59,928 bases of DNA from positions 1 to 59,928 of the forward strand of contig CANQGW010000005.1 in assembly GCA_947623555.1 (NCBI GenBank). The letters run 5' to 3'. The DNA comes from an uncultured Clostridia bacterium (GTDB lineage: Bacteria > Bacillota > Clostridia > TANB77 > CAG-508). Every line of letters begins with the position of its first letter. Within the stretch, counting starts at the first letter, position 1. Below the pieces are notes generated by a model. The model searched no databases, was not told the DNA's origin, and saw nothing but the letters and a program-made list of their open reading frames with translations. Shown here piece after piece: positions 19,259-29,773 of the stretch. Position numbers and translations under genes: made by a program.

Positions 19259-20323
19259 ATGAAATTTGTACATATTGCAGATACACATTTTGATGCACCT
19301 TTTACAAAATTAAATGAAAAAGGTGAATTTGGAAAAATTAGAAGATTAGATCAAAGAGAAGTATTTAAAAAAATAATTGAATATATAAAACAAAATGAAA
19401 TAGAATATCTTTTTATTGCAGGTGATTTTTACGAACATACTTATATTAGAAAAAGCACCATTGAATATATAAATAATTTATTTAAAACAATTCCTGAAAC
19501 TAAAATATTTATTACACCGGGAAACCATGACCCATATATTAAAAACTCTATGTATGCAGATTTTAATTGGAGTGAAAATGTAAAAATATTTACATCAAAA
19601 ATAGAAATAATTGAAACCGAAGAGGCAGACTTTTATGGAGTAGGGTTTGATAATTTTTATTCTGTTAATTTAGGTGTAGAAAATATACAAATAAAAAATA
19701 AAAATAAAATAAATATTTTAATTACGCATGGAGATTTAACTGGTAGTGATAAAAACCCTATTTCAAAAAATAAATTAAAACAATTAGGATTTGATTATAT
19801 AGCATTGGGGCATATACACAAGCCAGATTATAATTCAGAGCCTAACCAAAATATAGTTTATTGTGGCTCTACAGTTTCATTAGGATTTGATGAATTGGGA
19901 AAGCATGGATTTATTGTAGGAAATATAGAAAATAAAAAATTACAAATAGAATTTATTCCAGCAGATAATAAAGAATTTATAGAATTAGAATTAAATATTT
20001 CAGATGTAAAAGATTTTGAAGAATTAACAGAAAAAATAAATAATATTTATTTAGAAAAAAATGGTTTATATAAAATAATATTAACAGGAAAAAGAAATTT
20101 TGAAATAGAAATATTAAATTTATATAAATTAATTATACAAAATAATATTATAAAAATAAAAGATGAAACAAGACCAAATTATAATTTAGAAGAAATGAAA
20201 AATAGCTATTCATTAAAAGGACTTTTTATACAAGAAATATTAGAAGAATTAAAAAAAGAAAATTATACACAAGAACAATTAGATAAAATATTAGAAATTG
20301 GACTTTCAGTATTAGAAAAATAA
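19259..20323 (+). CDS. SbcD/YhaO-like metallophosphoesterase DNA exonuclease
   Basis: Calcineurin-like motifs HIADTH, GDF, GNHD, HGD and GHIH. Confidence 0.8.
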   Translation: MKFVHIADTHFDAPFTKLNEKGEFGKIRRLDQREVFKKIIEYIKQNEIEYLFIAGDFYEHTYIRKSTIEYINNLFKTIPETKIFITPGNHDPYIKNSMYADFNWSENVKIFTSKIEIIETEEADFYGVGFDNFYSVNLGVENIQIKNKNKINILITHGDLTGSDKNPISKNKLKQLGFDYIALGHIHKPDYNSEPNQNIVYCGSTVSLGFDELGKHGFIVGNIENKKLQIEFIPADNKEFIELELNISDVKDFEELTEKINNIYLEKNGLYKIILTGKRNFEIEILNLYKLIIQNNIIKIKDETRPNYNLEEMKNSYSLKGLFIQEILEELKKENYTQEQLDKILEIGLSVLEK

Positions 20324-20351
20324 TAATAAATAAAAATAAGGAGAAATTAAT

Positions 20352-22004
20352 TTGGAAATAGAAAATATAAAAATTAATTGTTATGGAGTTTTAAAAAATA
20401 AAGAAATTAATTTAAAAAATAATATTAATATTATTTATGGAAAAAACGAAAGTGGAAAATCAACATTATTAAATTTTATTAAAAATATTTTTTATGGAAT
20501 TTCTAAAAATAAAAATGGAAAAGAAATTTCAGATTATGAAAAATATTTGCCATGGAATGGAGAAGATTTTTCTGGAAAAATAAAATATAAATTAAATAAT
20601 GAAAATAAATTTGAAATTTATCGAGATTTTAATAAAAAAAATCCAAAGATATTTAATGAGAATTTTGAGGAAATTTCAAGTAATTTTAAAATTGACAAAA
20701 AGGATGGCAACCAGTTTTTCTATGAACAAACAGGTGTAAGCGAGCAAATGTATATTTCTACTATTATGAGTGCCCAACAAGAGGTTGTATTAGATAAAAC
20801 ATCACAACACAATTTAGTACAAAAAGTGGCAAACCTTGGGGGAACTGGTGATGACGAGGTGTCATATAAGAAGGTAATAGATAGGTTAAACAAGAGGCAA
20901 GTAGAAGAGGTAGGTAATAAAAGAACCCAAGATAGACCCATCAATTTGTTACAAAACCAAAAAGAACAGCTAGACGTTGTCTTAAAGGATAGGAATTTTG
21001 CTTTTGAAGAGAAACAAAAATTAAATGAAAAAAAACAAGAATTAATAAAAAAATTAGAAGAAGAAAAACAAAAAATTAAATTATTAAAAAATAAAAATCA
21101 ATTATTATATGAAAAACAAATTGAAGAAGAAAAAAATAATTTAAAAAATAAAATAAACAAAGAAAATAAAATAAAAATAAAAAAAATAATATTTTTAATT
21201 ATTTTTATTTTATTAATTATAATAAATATTTTTAATTTTATTTTAATAAAAAATAAAATAATAAATTATGCTATTTTATTTTTAATTCCAATTTATATAA
21301 TATTTTTAATTTTTAATTTAAAAAATAAAAATAAAATAAATATTACACAAAATAATACATCTATAAAAGAAGAAAAAAATGAATTAGAAGAAGTATTAGA
21401 AAAATCAAATCAAAAAATATTAGACTATGAACTTATGTTAAATAAAATACAATATGAAGAAAATTTAATTTCAGAAAAATTAGAAACAATAATTTTAAGT
21501 GAAGAAGAATTAGAAGAAGTAAAAAATAAAATAGCAATTTTAGAAGAAAAAAATAATTGCTTTGAAATTACAAAACAATTATTAGAAAAAGCGTATGAAA
21601 AAATGAAAAATAATATCACTCCAAAATTTACTCAAAATTTATCTACTATTATAAATAATATTTCAAATGGAAAATATAAAACTGTATCAATTAATGAGGA
21701 GCAAGGTTTAATTGTAGAATTAGAAAATGGTGAATACATATCAGCTAATAATTTAAGTATAGGCACTATAGATGCACAGTATTTAGCATTAAGGCTATCA
21801 ATGTTAGATGAAATATCAAAAGAAAAAATGCCAATTATATTAGATGAAACTTTTGCATATTTTGATGACGAAAGATTAAAAAATATATTATTATTTTTAA
21901 AAGAGCAATGCAAAAATCATCAAATTATTTTATTTACATGTACAAAAAGAGAAAAACAAACTTTAGATGATTTAAACATAGAATATAATTTAATAGAATT
22001 ATAA
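20352..22004 (+). CDS. SbcC/YhaN-like AAA ATPase with a central membrane hairpin
   Basis: Walker A GKNESGKST. K/E-rich coiled coil. Two hydrophobic segments (IIFLIIFILLIIINIF, AILFLIPIYIIFLIF). C-terminal Walker B/D-loop ILDETFAYFDDERL. Confidence 0.75.
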   Translation: MEIENIKINCYGVLKNKEINLKNNINIIYGKNESGKSTLLNFIKNIFYGISKNKNGKEISDYEKYLPWNGEDFSGKIKYKLNNENKFEIYRDFNKKNPKIFNENFEEISSNFKIDKKDGNQFFYEQTGVSEQMYISTIMSAQQEVVLDKTSQHNLVQKVANLGGTGDDEVSYKKVIDRLNKRQVEEVGNKRTQDRPINLLQNQKEQLDVVLKDRNFAFEEKQKLNEKKQELIKKLEEEKQKIKLLKNKNQLLYEKQIEEEKNNLKNKINKENKIKIKKIIFLIIFILLIIINIFNFILIKNKIINYAILFLIPIYIIFLIFNLKNKNKINITQNNTSIKEEKNELEEVLEKSNQKILDYELMLNKIQYEENLISEKLETIILSEEELEEVKNKIAILEEKNNCFEITKQLLEKAYEKMKNNITPKFTQNLSTIINNISNGKYKTVSINEEQGLIVELENGEYISANNLSIGTIDAQYLALRLSMLDEISKEKMPIILDETFAYFDDERLKNILLFLKEQCKNHQIILFTCTKREKQTLDDLNIEYNLIEL

Positions 22005-22074
22005 ATACAGCTTGAAAATACTACGATTTTAAGTTATAATAATAAAGTCAAAAATAAATTCAAGGAGATTATAT

Positions 22075-23139
22075 ATGTTTCAAAAATTAGAAGAGGTAGA
22101 AAAGCGATACGAAGAAATTACAAAAAAAATAAGTGACCCAGAAATAATAAGTAGGCAAGAAGAGTGGAAAGCTTTAATGAAGGAACATGCAGACATAGAG
22201 CCAGTTGTATTAAAATACAAAGAATATAAAAAAGTAAATAATGATATAGAAGAAGCAAAAGAAATGCTAAATGACCCAGAAATGAAAGAATTAGCTGAAA
22301 TGGAATTACAAGAAAATAAAGAAAAATTGCCAAAACTAGAAGAAGAAATAAAAATATTATTAATTCCAAAAGACCCAAATGATGACAAAAACGTTATTTG
22401 TGAAATTCGTGGAGGTGCAGGAGGAGAAGAGGCAGCATTATTTGCAGGTACTTTATTTAGAATGTATTCTATGTATGCAGAAAAAAAGCATTGGAAGTTA
22501 GAAATTTTAAATGAAAACGAAACAGGGCTTGGCGGTTACAAAGAAGTTTCGTTTATGATTACTGGAAAAGGTGCATATAGCAGACTTAAATTTGAAAGTG
22601 GAGTACACCGTGTGCAAAGGGTACCAGACACAGAAGCAAGTGGAAGGATACATACCTCAACAGCTACTGTAGTAGTTTTACCAGAAGTAGAGGATGTAGA
22701 AATAGATATAAATCCAGCAGATATAAAAATGGAAGTATTTAGGGCATCAGGGGCAGGAGGACAACATATTAATAAAACATCATCTGCAGTTCGTTTAATA
22801 CATGTTCCAACAGGAATGGTAGCAGAGTGCCAAACAGAAAGATCACAATTTCAAAACAGAGATTATGCTATGAGGCTACTTCGTTCTAAATTATATGAGC
22901 AAGAAAAACAAAAACAAGATGCACAAGTAGCAAATGCTAGAAAAAGCCAAGTAGGTAGTGGAGATAGAAGCGAAAAAATAAGAACATATAACTATCCACA
23001 AGGGCGTATTACAGATCATAGAATAGGGCTATCTATTTATCAAATGGAAAACTTTTTAAATGGTGATTTAGACGAAATGATAGATAGTTTAATAACAGCA
23101 GATACAGCAGAAAAGTTAAAAGGAAATGAAGAAGAATAA
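22075..23139 (+). CDS. prfA: peptide chain release factor 1
   Basis: GGQ motif ([11 protein letters not shown]) and RF1-type codon-recognition region [15 protein letters not shown]. Confidence 0.95.
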   Translation: MFQKLEEVEKRYEEITKKISDPEIISRQEEWKALMKEHADIEPVVLKYKEYKKVNNDIEEAKEMLNDPEMKELAEMELQENKEKLPKLEEEIKILLIPKDPNDDKNVICEIRGGAGGEEAALFAGTLFRMYSMYAEKKHWKLEILNENETGLGGYKEVSFMITGKGAYSRLKFESGVHRVQRVPDTEASGRIHTSTATVVVLPEVEDVEIDINPADIKMEVFRASGAGGQHINKTSSAVRLIHVPTGMVAECQTERSQFQNRDYAMRLLRSKLYEQEKQKQDAQVANARKSQVGSGDRSEKIRTYNYPQGRITDHRIGLSIYQMENFLNGDLDEMIDSLITADTAEKLKGNEEE

Positions 23140-23185
23140 TAAAAATATGCATTTTTAGAAAAATTTTAAATATATTATAAATAAA

Positions 23186-23217
23186 GAATACAAGACTAAT
23201 AAAGTTCTTGTATTTTT
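23186..23217 (+). terminator. rho-independent terminator after prfA
   Basis: Stem AATACAAGA/TCTTGTATT followed by a T run. Confidence 0.55.
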
Positions 23218-23326
23218 TATTGATTAAAAACACAAAAATGGAAACAATAAAAATTATTGCTACACATAGTAACAGAGTAGACCATATAACCTTATACAAA
23301 AAATTATTTGAAAAGGGGTTTTTATT

Positions 23327-24070
23327 TTGAATGAAATTATCAAAACCACTCTAATAGGACTATTTTTTGGCACATTTGGTACTACAATTGGTGGAATTAT
23401 AGGTGTTAAATTTAATAATCCTTCTAAAAAATTTTTAAGTTTTATTTTAGCTTTTGCTTCAGGACTTATGATCGCAATTGTATGCTTTGATTTATTACCA
23501 GAGGCATTTAAGTTAGCATCAATTCCTAGCATATTTTTAGGAATTTTTCTAGGAATATTAACAATGATACTTTGTGAATTTATAATTGACAAAAAATTTA
23601 ACTCTAAAAGAACATATAATAAAAACTCATTATTAAAAACAGGTATTATTGTTAGCATAGGGCTTGCTTTACATAATTTCCCCGAAGGTTTGGCTATAGG
23701 CTCTGGATTTGAAGCTTCCCTAACACTTGGGCTTTCACTCGCAATTGCTATTTGCTTGCACGATGTTCCAGAAGGAATTAGTATGGCGGTTCCTATGAAA
23801 AATGGAGGAATGAAGGCTAGCAGAGTTATTTTTTATGTTATTTTATCCGGTATTACAACAGGTATAGGCGCATTCTTTGGCTCTTTAATAGGAGGTATAT
23901 CACAAAAAGTAATTGCTATGTGTTTAGGTTATGCAGCAGGTGCTATGATTTACATTGTATCTGGTGAACTTATTCCAGAGTCAAACAAATTGTACCAAGG
24001 TAAAATAACAGCAATAGGTAACATAATAGGCTTATTATTAGGAATTTTAGCAATGACCATTGCCGGATAA
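23327..24070 (+). CDS. zupT: ZIP-family zinc transporter
   Basis: Multi-TM protein with HNFPEGLAIG and HDVPEG motifs; TTG start after AAGGGG. Confidence 0.85.
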   Translation: MNEIIKTTLIGLFFGTFGTTIGGIIGVKFNNPSKKFLSFILAFASGLMIAIVCFDLLPEAFKLASIPSIFLGIFLGILTMILCEFIIDKKFNSKRTYNKNSLLKTGIIVSIGLALHNFPEGLAIGSGFEASLTLGLSLAIAICLHDVPEGISMAVPMKNGGMKASRVIFYVILSGITTGIGAFFGSLIGGISQKVIAMCLGYAAGAMIYIVSGELIPESNKLYQGKITAIGNIIGLLLGILAMTIAG

Positions 24071-24167
24071 AGGCAAAATAATATAGGCAATAAAAAAATA
24101 AAAATATTAATTGTATAAAAAAATCTATTATGATAAAATAGTACATATTGAAATTTGGAGAAGACTA

Positions 24168-24614
24168 ATGAAAATAATGTTTATATGTACTGGTAATACC
24201 TGCCGAAGTGCTATGGCACAGGCAATGCTTGAAAAAATGTTAAAAGAAAAAAATAAATACAATATACAAGTATACTCATGTGGAATATCTGCATATAATG
24301 GAGATTTCCCAACAGAAAATGCAATAGAAACAATGAAAGAATATAAAATAGACTTAACAAATCATAGAGCAACTAACATATTTTCTTCTAATATAGAAGA
24401 AATGGATCTTATTTTATGTGCAACAACATCACATAAAAATATAGTTTTAAGTAATTATGAAAATTTAAAAGATAAAATATTTACTTTAAAAGAATATGTA
24501 GGAATAAAAGATGATCCAAATATAAAAGACCCATGGGGCTATACATTAGAAGTATATGAAGAATGTGCTAGAGAAATTAATAAATGTTTAGAAAAATTAA
24601 TAGAAAAGTTATAA
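24168..24614 (+). CDS. low-molecular-weight protein phosphatase (YwlE-like arginine/tyrosine phosphatase)
   Basis: Active-site loop CTGNTCRS near the N-terminus and a DP motif; ATG 24168 follows GGAG. Confidence 0.85.
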   Translation: MKIMFICTGNTCRSAMAQAMLEKMLKEKNKYNIQVYSCGISAYNGDFPTENAIETMKEYKIDLTNHRATNIFSSNIEEMDLILCATTSHKNIVLSNYENLKDKIFTLKEYVGIKDDPNIKDPWGYTLEVYEECAREINKCLEKLIEKL

Positions 24615-24646
24615 CATATTAAAATTAGAAGGGAACAAAATAAAAA

Positions 24647-26938
24647 ATGAAAGATTTATTAGAAGAACTAAATGATAAACAAAAAGAAGCAGTACTACAA
24701 ACGGAAGGACCATGCCTAGTAATTGCAGGAGCAGGAAGTGGTAAAACAAAGGTCTTAACACATAAAATAGCTTATTTAATATCAGAAAAACATGTAAAAC
24801 CATGGAACATTTTAGCAATTACTTTTACTAATAAAGCAGCAAACGAAATGAAACAAAGGGTAGAAGCAATTGTTGGAAATGTAGCACAAGAAATGTGGAT
24901 GGGTACATTCCACTCTATTTGTGTACGAATATTAAGAAAATATATAGATAGAATTGGATTTGATACATCTTTTTTAATATTTGATACATCTGACCAAAGA
25001 ACAGTTATAAAAGAATGTTTAAAAACTTTAAATATAGACGATAAAATGTTTACAGATAGAAGTGTATTATCAGAAATTAGTAATGCAAAAAATGAAATGC
25101 TAACACCTAAACAATACCAAACTAAATATGCTGGGGAATATAGAAAAGAAAGAATAGGACAAGTATATGAGTTATACCAAAAAAGGCTTAAAGAGAACAA
25201 TGCTATTGATTTTGATGATATTATTAATTACACCATTGAAATTTTAACAAATAATGCAGATGTTTTAGGGTACTATACAGAAAAGTTTGAGTATGTTTTA
25301 GTAGATGAGTATCAAGACACAAATAAAGCACAATTTACATTAGTTTCAATATTAGCTTCACGCTTTGGAAATATTACTGTAGTAGGTGATAATGACCAAG
25401 GAATATATAGCTTTAGAGGAGCAGATATTACTAATATTTTAAATTTTGAAAAAGACTTTCCGGGGACTAAAATTATCAAACTAGAGCAAAATTATCGTTG
25501 CACAGGTAATATTTTAAAAGCTGCAAATGCAGTTATTAAGCATAACGAAAATAAATATGAAAAAAAGCTATGGACCCAAAACGAGCAGGGCAGTATTCCA
25601 TGTTTATATCAGTCAGAAGACGAATATGATGAAGCAAGGTATATTGTAGAGCAAATAGAGCACCTAAAAACAGAAGAATATTTAAAGCCAAAAGATTTTG
25701 TTATTTTATACAGAATGAATGCACAGTCAAGGGCAATAGAAGATATATTAAGAAGGGAAGACATTCCATATAAAGTAGTAGGTGGAGTTAAATTCTATGA
25801 AAGAAAAGAAATAAAAGATGCAATTAGTTATTTAAGGTTAATTCAAAACCCATCAGATAATATATCACTAAAAAGAATTATTAATGAACCAAAGCGTGGT
25901 ATTGGCAAGACTAGTTTAGATAATATATCGCAAATGTCTGATAATTTAGGAATATCCATGTATGAAATAATTAAGCATGCAGACGAATATGGTTTAAATA
26001 GGATAAAAGCAAATAGTGATGAATTTGTTAACATAATTGAAGACTTAAGACTAAAAAAACAAGACTTAAGTATATCAGAATTACTAAAAGAAGTGTTAAA
26101 TAAGTCTGGGTATACAAAAGCATTGGAAAATGAAAACACAGTTGAGGCAGAAAGCAGAATTGAAAACTTGGAAGAGTTTTTAACAGTAGCAATTGAATTT
26201 GAGGAAGAATCTGCTGATAATAGTTTAGAAGAATTTTTAGAAAGTATAACATTATCAAGTGATATTGACGAAATGCAAGATGAGGAAAACAGTGTTACAT
26301 TAATGACTTTACATAGTGCTAAAGGATTAGAGTTTCCAGTAGTATTTTTAGTAGGAATGGAAGAAGGTATATTTCCTGGATATAAATCAATAGGTGAGCC
26401 AAAAGAGCTTGAAGAAGAAAGGCGTTTATTTTATGTAGGAATTACAAGGGCAAAACAATTTTTATATTTAACATGTAGCAAACACAGAACAATTTTTGGC
26501 TCTACAAGCTATAATGCAGTTTCTAGGTTTGTAAAAGAAATACCAGAAGAGCTATTAAATGCTACTATGCAAGATGAGGAAGAAAGCTTTGAAGATACAG
26601 AATACAAATGGGAATACGGTAGACATAATTCTAGCAAAATTAAAACATATACGTTTGACGAACAAGAAAAGGTAAACATAAATAAAAAAGCAATACCAAG
26701 TTTTCAGTTTAGAACAGCAGAAAGTTTTTTAAATTCATTAAATCAAAAAAAGGCGCAAAGCGAGGTAGATATAACGCAATATAAAGAAGGAATGCATATT
26801 TACCACAAAAAATTTGGTGAAGGAACTATTCAAAAAATAGAAGAAGAAGGGGACGATTATAAATTAGACATTGACTTCGATAAGTCAGGACATAAAAGGT
26901 TAATGGCAAAATTTGCTGGACTAGAAGTAATAGATTAA
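24647..26938 (+). CDS. pcrA: ATP-dependent DNA helicase PcrA
   Basis: UvrD/Rep superfamily 1 motifs (AGAGSGKT, DEYQDT, TLHSAKGLEF, VGITRA), 763 aa. Confidence 0.95.
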   Translation: MKDLLEELNDKQKEAVLQTEGPCLVIAGAGSGKTKVLTHKIAYLISEKHVKPWNILAITFTNKAANEMKQRVEAIVGNVAQEMWMGTFHSICVRILRKYIDRIGFDTSFLIFDTSDQRTVIKECLKTLNIDDKMFTDRSVLSEISNAKNEMLTPKQYQTKYAGEYRKERIGQVYELYQKRLKENNAIDFDDIINYTIEILTNNADVLGYYTEKFEYVLVDEYQDTNKAQFTLVSILASRFGNITVVGDNDQGIYSFRGADITNILNFEKDFPGTKIIKLEQNYRCTGNILKAANAVIKHNENKYEKKLWTQNEQGSIPCLYQSEDEYDEARYIVEQIEHLKTEEYLKPKDFVILYRMNAQSRAIEDILRREDIPYKVVGGVKFYERKEIKDAISYLRLIQNPSDNISLKRIINEPKRGIGKTSLDNISQMSDNLGISMYEIIKHADEYGLNRIKANSDEFVNIIEDLRLKKQDLSISELLKEVLNKSGYTKALENENTVEAESRIENLEEFLTVAIEFEEESADNSLEEFLESITLSSDIDEMQDEENSVTLMTLHSAKGLEFPVVFLVGMEEGIFPGYKSIGEPKELEEERRLFYVGITRAKQFLYLTCSKHRTIFGSTSYNAVSRFVKEIPEELLNATMQDEEESFEDTEYKWEYGRHNSSKIKTYTFDEQEKVNINKKAIPSFQFRTAESFLNSLNQKKAQSEVDITQYKEGMHIYHKKFGEGTIQKIEEEGDDYKLDIDFDKSGHKRLMAKFAGLEVID

Positions 26939-26954
26939 AAATAAGTAAAAAGAG

Positions 26955-27009
26955 ATAAACTATTTTTTAAGGTTAATTACCTATAAAAAAATAGTTTATA
27001 TTTTTTTTA
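26955..27009 (+). terminator. rho-independent terminator after pcrA
   Basis: 13-bp stem ATAAACTATTTTT/AAAAATAGTTTAT followed by a T9 run. Confidence 0.6.
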
Positions 27010-27100
27010 CATAAATATTTATATTAAACGTATTTGATGTATAAAAATTTCTAAAAGTGCCATAATAAAAATAGATATTTTTTTGAAAGGGAGGATAAAA

Positions 27101-27289
27101 ATGGCAAACTTAAATCAATTAGAATTACAACATTTAAGGCATTTAATAGGGGCTCATGAAACTGCATACCAAAAACTAAATACTTTTTCATCACAAGCAG
27201 TGGATCCACAAATTAAGCAAATATTTGCAAAATCTGCACAAGATGCACTAAATACTAAACAAAAATTATTATCTTTTTTAAACAACTAA
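27101..27289 (+). CDS. small spore-coat-associated protein (partner of the CotF-like gene)
   Basis: 62-aa ORF; ATG 27101 follows AGGGAGGA; co-oriented and adjacent to the Coat F-like gene. Confidence 0.55.
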   Translation: MANLNQLELQHLRHLIGAHETAYQKLNTFSSQAVDPQIKQIFAKSAQDALNTKQKLLSFLNN

Positions 27290-27309
27290 AATAAAAGGAG
27301 GTTAAAATT

Positions 27310-27555
27310 ATGGACGAAAAAACAATGGTAAACGATATATTAAGTGGAGTTAAATCTGATTTAACAGCTTACCAAACAGCCATTACAGAAGCTGAAAATA
27401 TGCAATTAAGGCAAACATTACAACAAATAAGAAATAATGACGAAAGTTTTCAATATGAGTTATTTAAAGTAGCACAAACAAAAGGTTACTATCAACCTGC
27501 ACAACAAGCAACAGTAACAGAAATACAAACTGTAAAGGACGAATTACAACAATAA
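27310..27555 (+). CDS. Coat F domain spore coat protein
   Basis: 81 aa. The pattern VNDILSGVKSDLTAYQTAITEAENMQLRQTL...ELF is typical of CotF-family proteins. Confidence 0.7.
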   Translation: MDEKTMVNDILSGVKSDLTAYQTAITEAENMQLRQTLQQIRNNDESFQYELFKVAQTKGYYQPAQQATVTEIQTVKDELQQ

Positions 27556-27594
27556 TAAAAACATATTAATACTTATAAACAATAACATTAAAAT

Positions 27595-27630
27595 AAAAAA
27601 CTCTTACAAAAAATAGTAAGAGTTTTTTTT
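27595..27630 (+). terminator. rho-independent terminator
   Basis: Stem AAAAAACTCTTAC/GTAAGAGTTTTTT. Confidence 0.65.
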
Positions 27631-27793
27631 AGTTGCAATTAAAAAAAGTAGCTTTAAAATTAAGCTAACAAAGTTTCATAAGAACAATAATACGTCTTAC
27701 GGAAGAAGGCAAAGCCTAAAAAATAAATTTTAAAAATATCTTGTAATTTTTTAAAAAATAGTATAAAATATTAACATATTAAAAAAGTAAGGA

Positions 27794-28795
27794 GTGTTTA
27801 AAATTAGTACTTTAAAAAAATTCGCTATGTTTTTTAGAACCTCTGTAAAAGTAATTACAATAACAGTAGTTTCTGCTATTCTTATTGTAGGAGCAATTGC
27901 ATTTTTCTATAAGCCAACATATTCAGTTACTTTAAATGGGGAACTAATAGGCTATACTGAAAATAAAAGTGAACTTCAAAACAAAATTAATAAATATATG
28001 GATGGCGAAGCAGAAGAGAAAATAGCATTTAGGCAAATAAGTGCTGTACCTGAATATACGCTTTGCTTATTAAAAAAAGGCATAACTGCAAATGATGATG
28101 AAATATATGAAAAAGTTACACAAAACAGTACACAATATTATAAATATTATGCCATTACAGACGATAGCAAAGAAAAAGTTTACGTATCTAGTTTTGATGA
28201 AGCAGAAAAAGTAGTAAAACAATTAAAGTCTAAAAACAGCGTTAATAAAAATGATATTGGTATAGTAGAAAAATACGATACAGAGCTTAAAAAATTTACA
28301 TCAGTAGAAAAATGCGTTTCTAAACTATATGAGGCTCAACCACAAAAAACTGTTGTATATGCTTCAACAGCTTCATCTGGCTATGTATCAGGCAGTTCAA
28401 GTAAAAAAGTAAACCTTGGTGTAAGCCTAATAAGGCCAATTTCAGGAATTATTATGTCAAGGTTTGGTAGCAGAGAAAGCATACGTAGCACACCACATAG
28501 GGGGTTAGATATTGCAGCACCTTCTGGTACTCCAATAAAAGCAGCTGCAGCAGGAACTGTTGCGTCAGCAGGTTATAGCGGTTCTTATGGTAATATGATA
28601 CTTATTTCACACGGAAATGGGGTACAAACACTTTACGCACACTGCAGTCAACTAAATGTTTCTAAAGGTCAGTCAATAGCACAAGGGCAAGTAATTGGAA
28701 AGGTAGGTTCTACTGGTAATTCTACAGGACCACATTTACATTTAGAAGTAAGAGTTAATGGAGTTTTATATAACCCACAAAATTATGTATACTAA
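27794..28795 (+). CDS. M23-family peptidoglycan metalloendopeptidase
   Basis: N-terminal TM anchor and C-terminal LytM motifs HRGLDIA and GSTGNSTGPHLHLEV. Exact start is uncertain (GTG 27794 overlaps the RBS). Confidence 0.85.
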   Translation: MFKISTLKKFAMFFRTSVKVITITVVSAILIVGAIAFFYKPTYSVTLNGELIGYTENKSELQNKINKYMDGEAEEKIAFRQISAVPEYTLCLLKKGITANDDEIYEKVTQNSTQYYKYYAITDDSKEKVYVSSFDEAEKVVKQLKSKNSVNKNDIGIVEKYDTELKKFTSVEKCVSKLYEAQPQKTVVYASTASSGYVSGSSSKKVNLGVSLIRPISGIIMSRFGSRESIRSTPHRGLDIAAPSGTPIKAAAAGTVASAGYSGSYGNMILISHGNGVQTLYAHCSQLNVSKGQSIAQGQVIGKVGSTGNSTGPHLHLEVRVNGVLYNPQNYVY

Positions 28796-28843
28796 ATCAG
28801 TATACATAATCCAAAATAAATAATAAAAATTATTTACAAAATA

Positions 28844-28874
28844 AAAAGGCATACCATATTTTGGTATGCCTTTT
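28844..28874. terminator. bidirectional terminator between convergent genes
   Basis: Stem AAAAGGCATACCA/TGGTATGCCTTTT with A and T tracts on both sides. Confidence 0.65.
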
Positions 28875-28881
28875 AAATTAG

Positions 28882-29520
28882 CTATTTAGCAAAATGCTCA
28901 AAACCAATTTTTAAAGCATTATGTTTCATAATTAAATATCCACATTCTTTTAACTTACTTGCAAAAATTTTGGAATTAGTAATGCATTTAGCAAATTCAG
29001 TAATACTAGAGTAAAATTTTATTCTAAACCTAGCATCTGTTATAATATGATCTAATATTAAATAATATTTTTCTTTATAACTATATAACAAAATAGAATC
29101 AGCAATATTATTTATACATTCACTCAAATTATTTTTTTGTAAGAACTGCATAAAACCACAAAAATCTTCAAAGCAATTAAACATATATACAATTTGAGTT
29201 GTATTAGTAGAAGGTGTAACAGTTTTTCTTCTAACAACAAATTTTCTTTTAGAGCCCTTTTCAGTTTCTGCATCTGGAAAAACTTTAGTAATAGTAAAAA
29301 CAAAATTAGTATCTGCCATTGCCAAAGCTTCAATTTTTAAATTAAAATTTTCTGGGTCAAAGCCAGTTTGCTTTTTAGCCTCTTCTAACATATCAAGTAA
29401 AATATCTTGTGACTCAATACTATTAGACATAAAAGAATGAAAATCAATATTTTTTTCTGTTAAATCTTCCATTGTCAAAATTATCCTTATTTTATTTTCA
29501 TTTAGTTTTTCAAATTTCAT
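28882..29520 (-). CDS. mecA: adaptor protein MecA
   Basis: MKFEKLNENKIRIILTMEDL... N-terminus typical of MecA; ATG 29520 follows GGAGGG. Confidence 0.85.
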   Translation of the reverse strand: MKFEKLNENKIRIILTMEDLTEKNIDFHSFMSNSIESQDILLDMLEEAKKQTGFDPENFNLKIEALAMADTNFVFTITKVFPDAETEKGSKRKFVVRRKTVTPSTNTTQIVYMFNCFEDFCGFMQFLQKNNLSECINNIADSILLYSYKEKYYLILDHIITDARFRIKFYSSITEFAKCITNSKIFASKLKECGYLIMKHNALKIGFEHFAK

Positions 29521-29696
29521 TAAATGCCCTCCAAAATACATTATCTTTAATAATATTATACTACTGCTTAAATAAAAATGAAACCATCAAATTATGGAAG
29601 TTTTAAATTATAAGCATATTTATAAAGTTTAAATCTATTTATAACACAAATAAAATAAAAAGAAAATACTTTTATAGGAAAAATATAAGAATTATC

Positions 29697-29725
29697 TTGA
29701 AAAAATTACTCTTTGCATATATAAT
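29697..29725 (+). promoter_or_regulatory. sigma-70-type promoter
   Basis: TTGAAA (29697-29702), 17-nt spacer, TATAAT (29720-29725). Confidence 0.45.
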
Positions 29726-29773
29726 ACTAGCTATGAAGAAAAAAGAAAACAAGTTACCAAGGAGGAAAAATAA

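Noticed and set aside
21000-21420. Highly repetitive-looking A/T-rich stretch (aaaaataaaa units) that could be mistaken for a repeat array or CRISPR-like region
   Set aside because: It is in frame within the SbcC/YhaN-like ORF. It encodes a Lys/Asn/Glu coiled coil and Ile/Phe/Leu membrane segments. There is no spacer-repeat periodicity.
22618-22632. RF1 codon-recognition tripeptide reads PDT rather than the textbook PAT/PVT, considered as a link to altered decoding
   Set aside because: The middle residue of the motif varies among bacteria (for example PET as I recall it in Bacillus). RF1 reads stop codons, not CGG, so there is no supportable connection.
23260-23658. 132-aa minus-strand ORF overlapping the start of the ZIP transporter gene
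   Set aside because: It lies entirely antisense to a well-supported gene (HNFPEGLAIG and HDVPEG motifs). It has no RBS and no recognisable motif, so it is an antisense artefact of AT-rich sequence.
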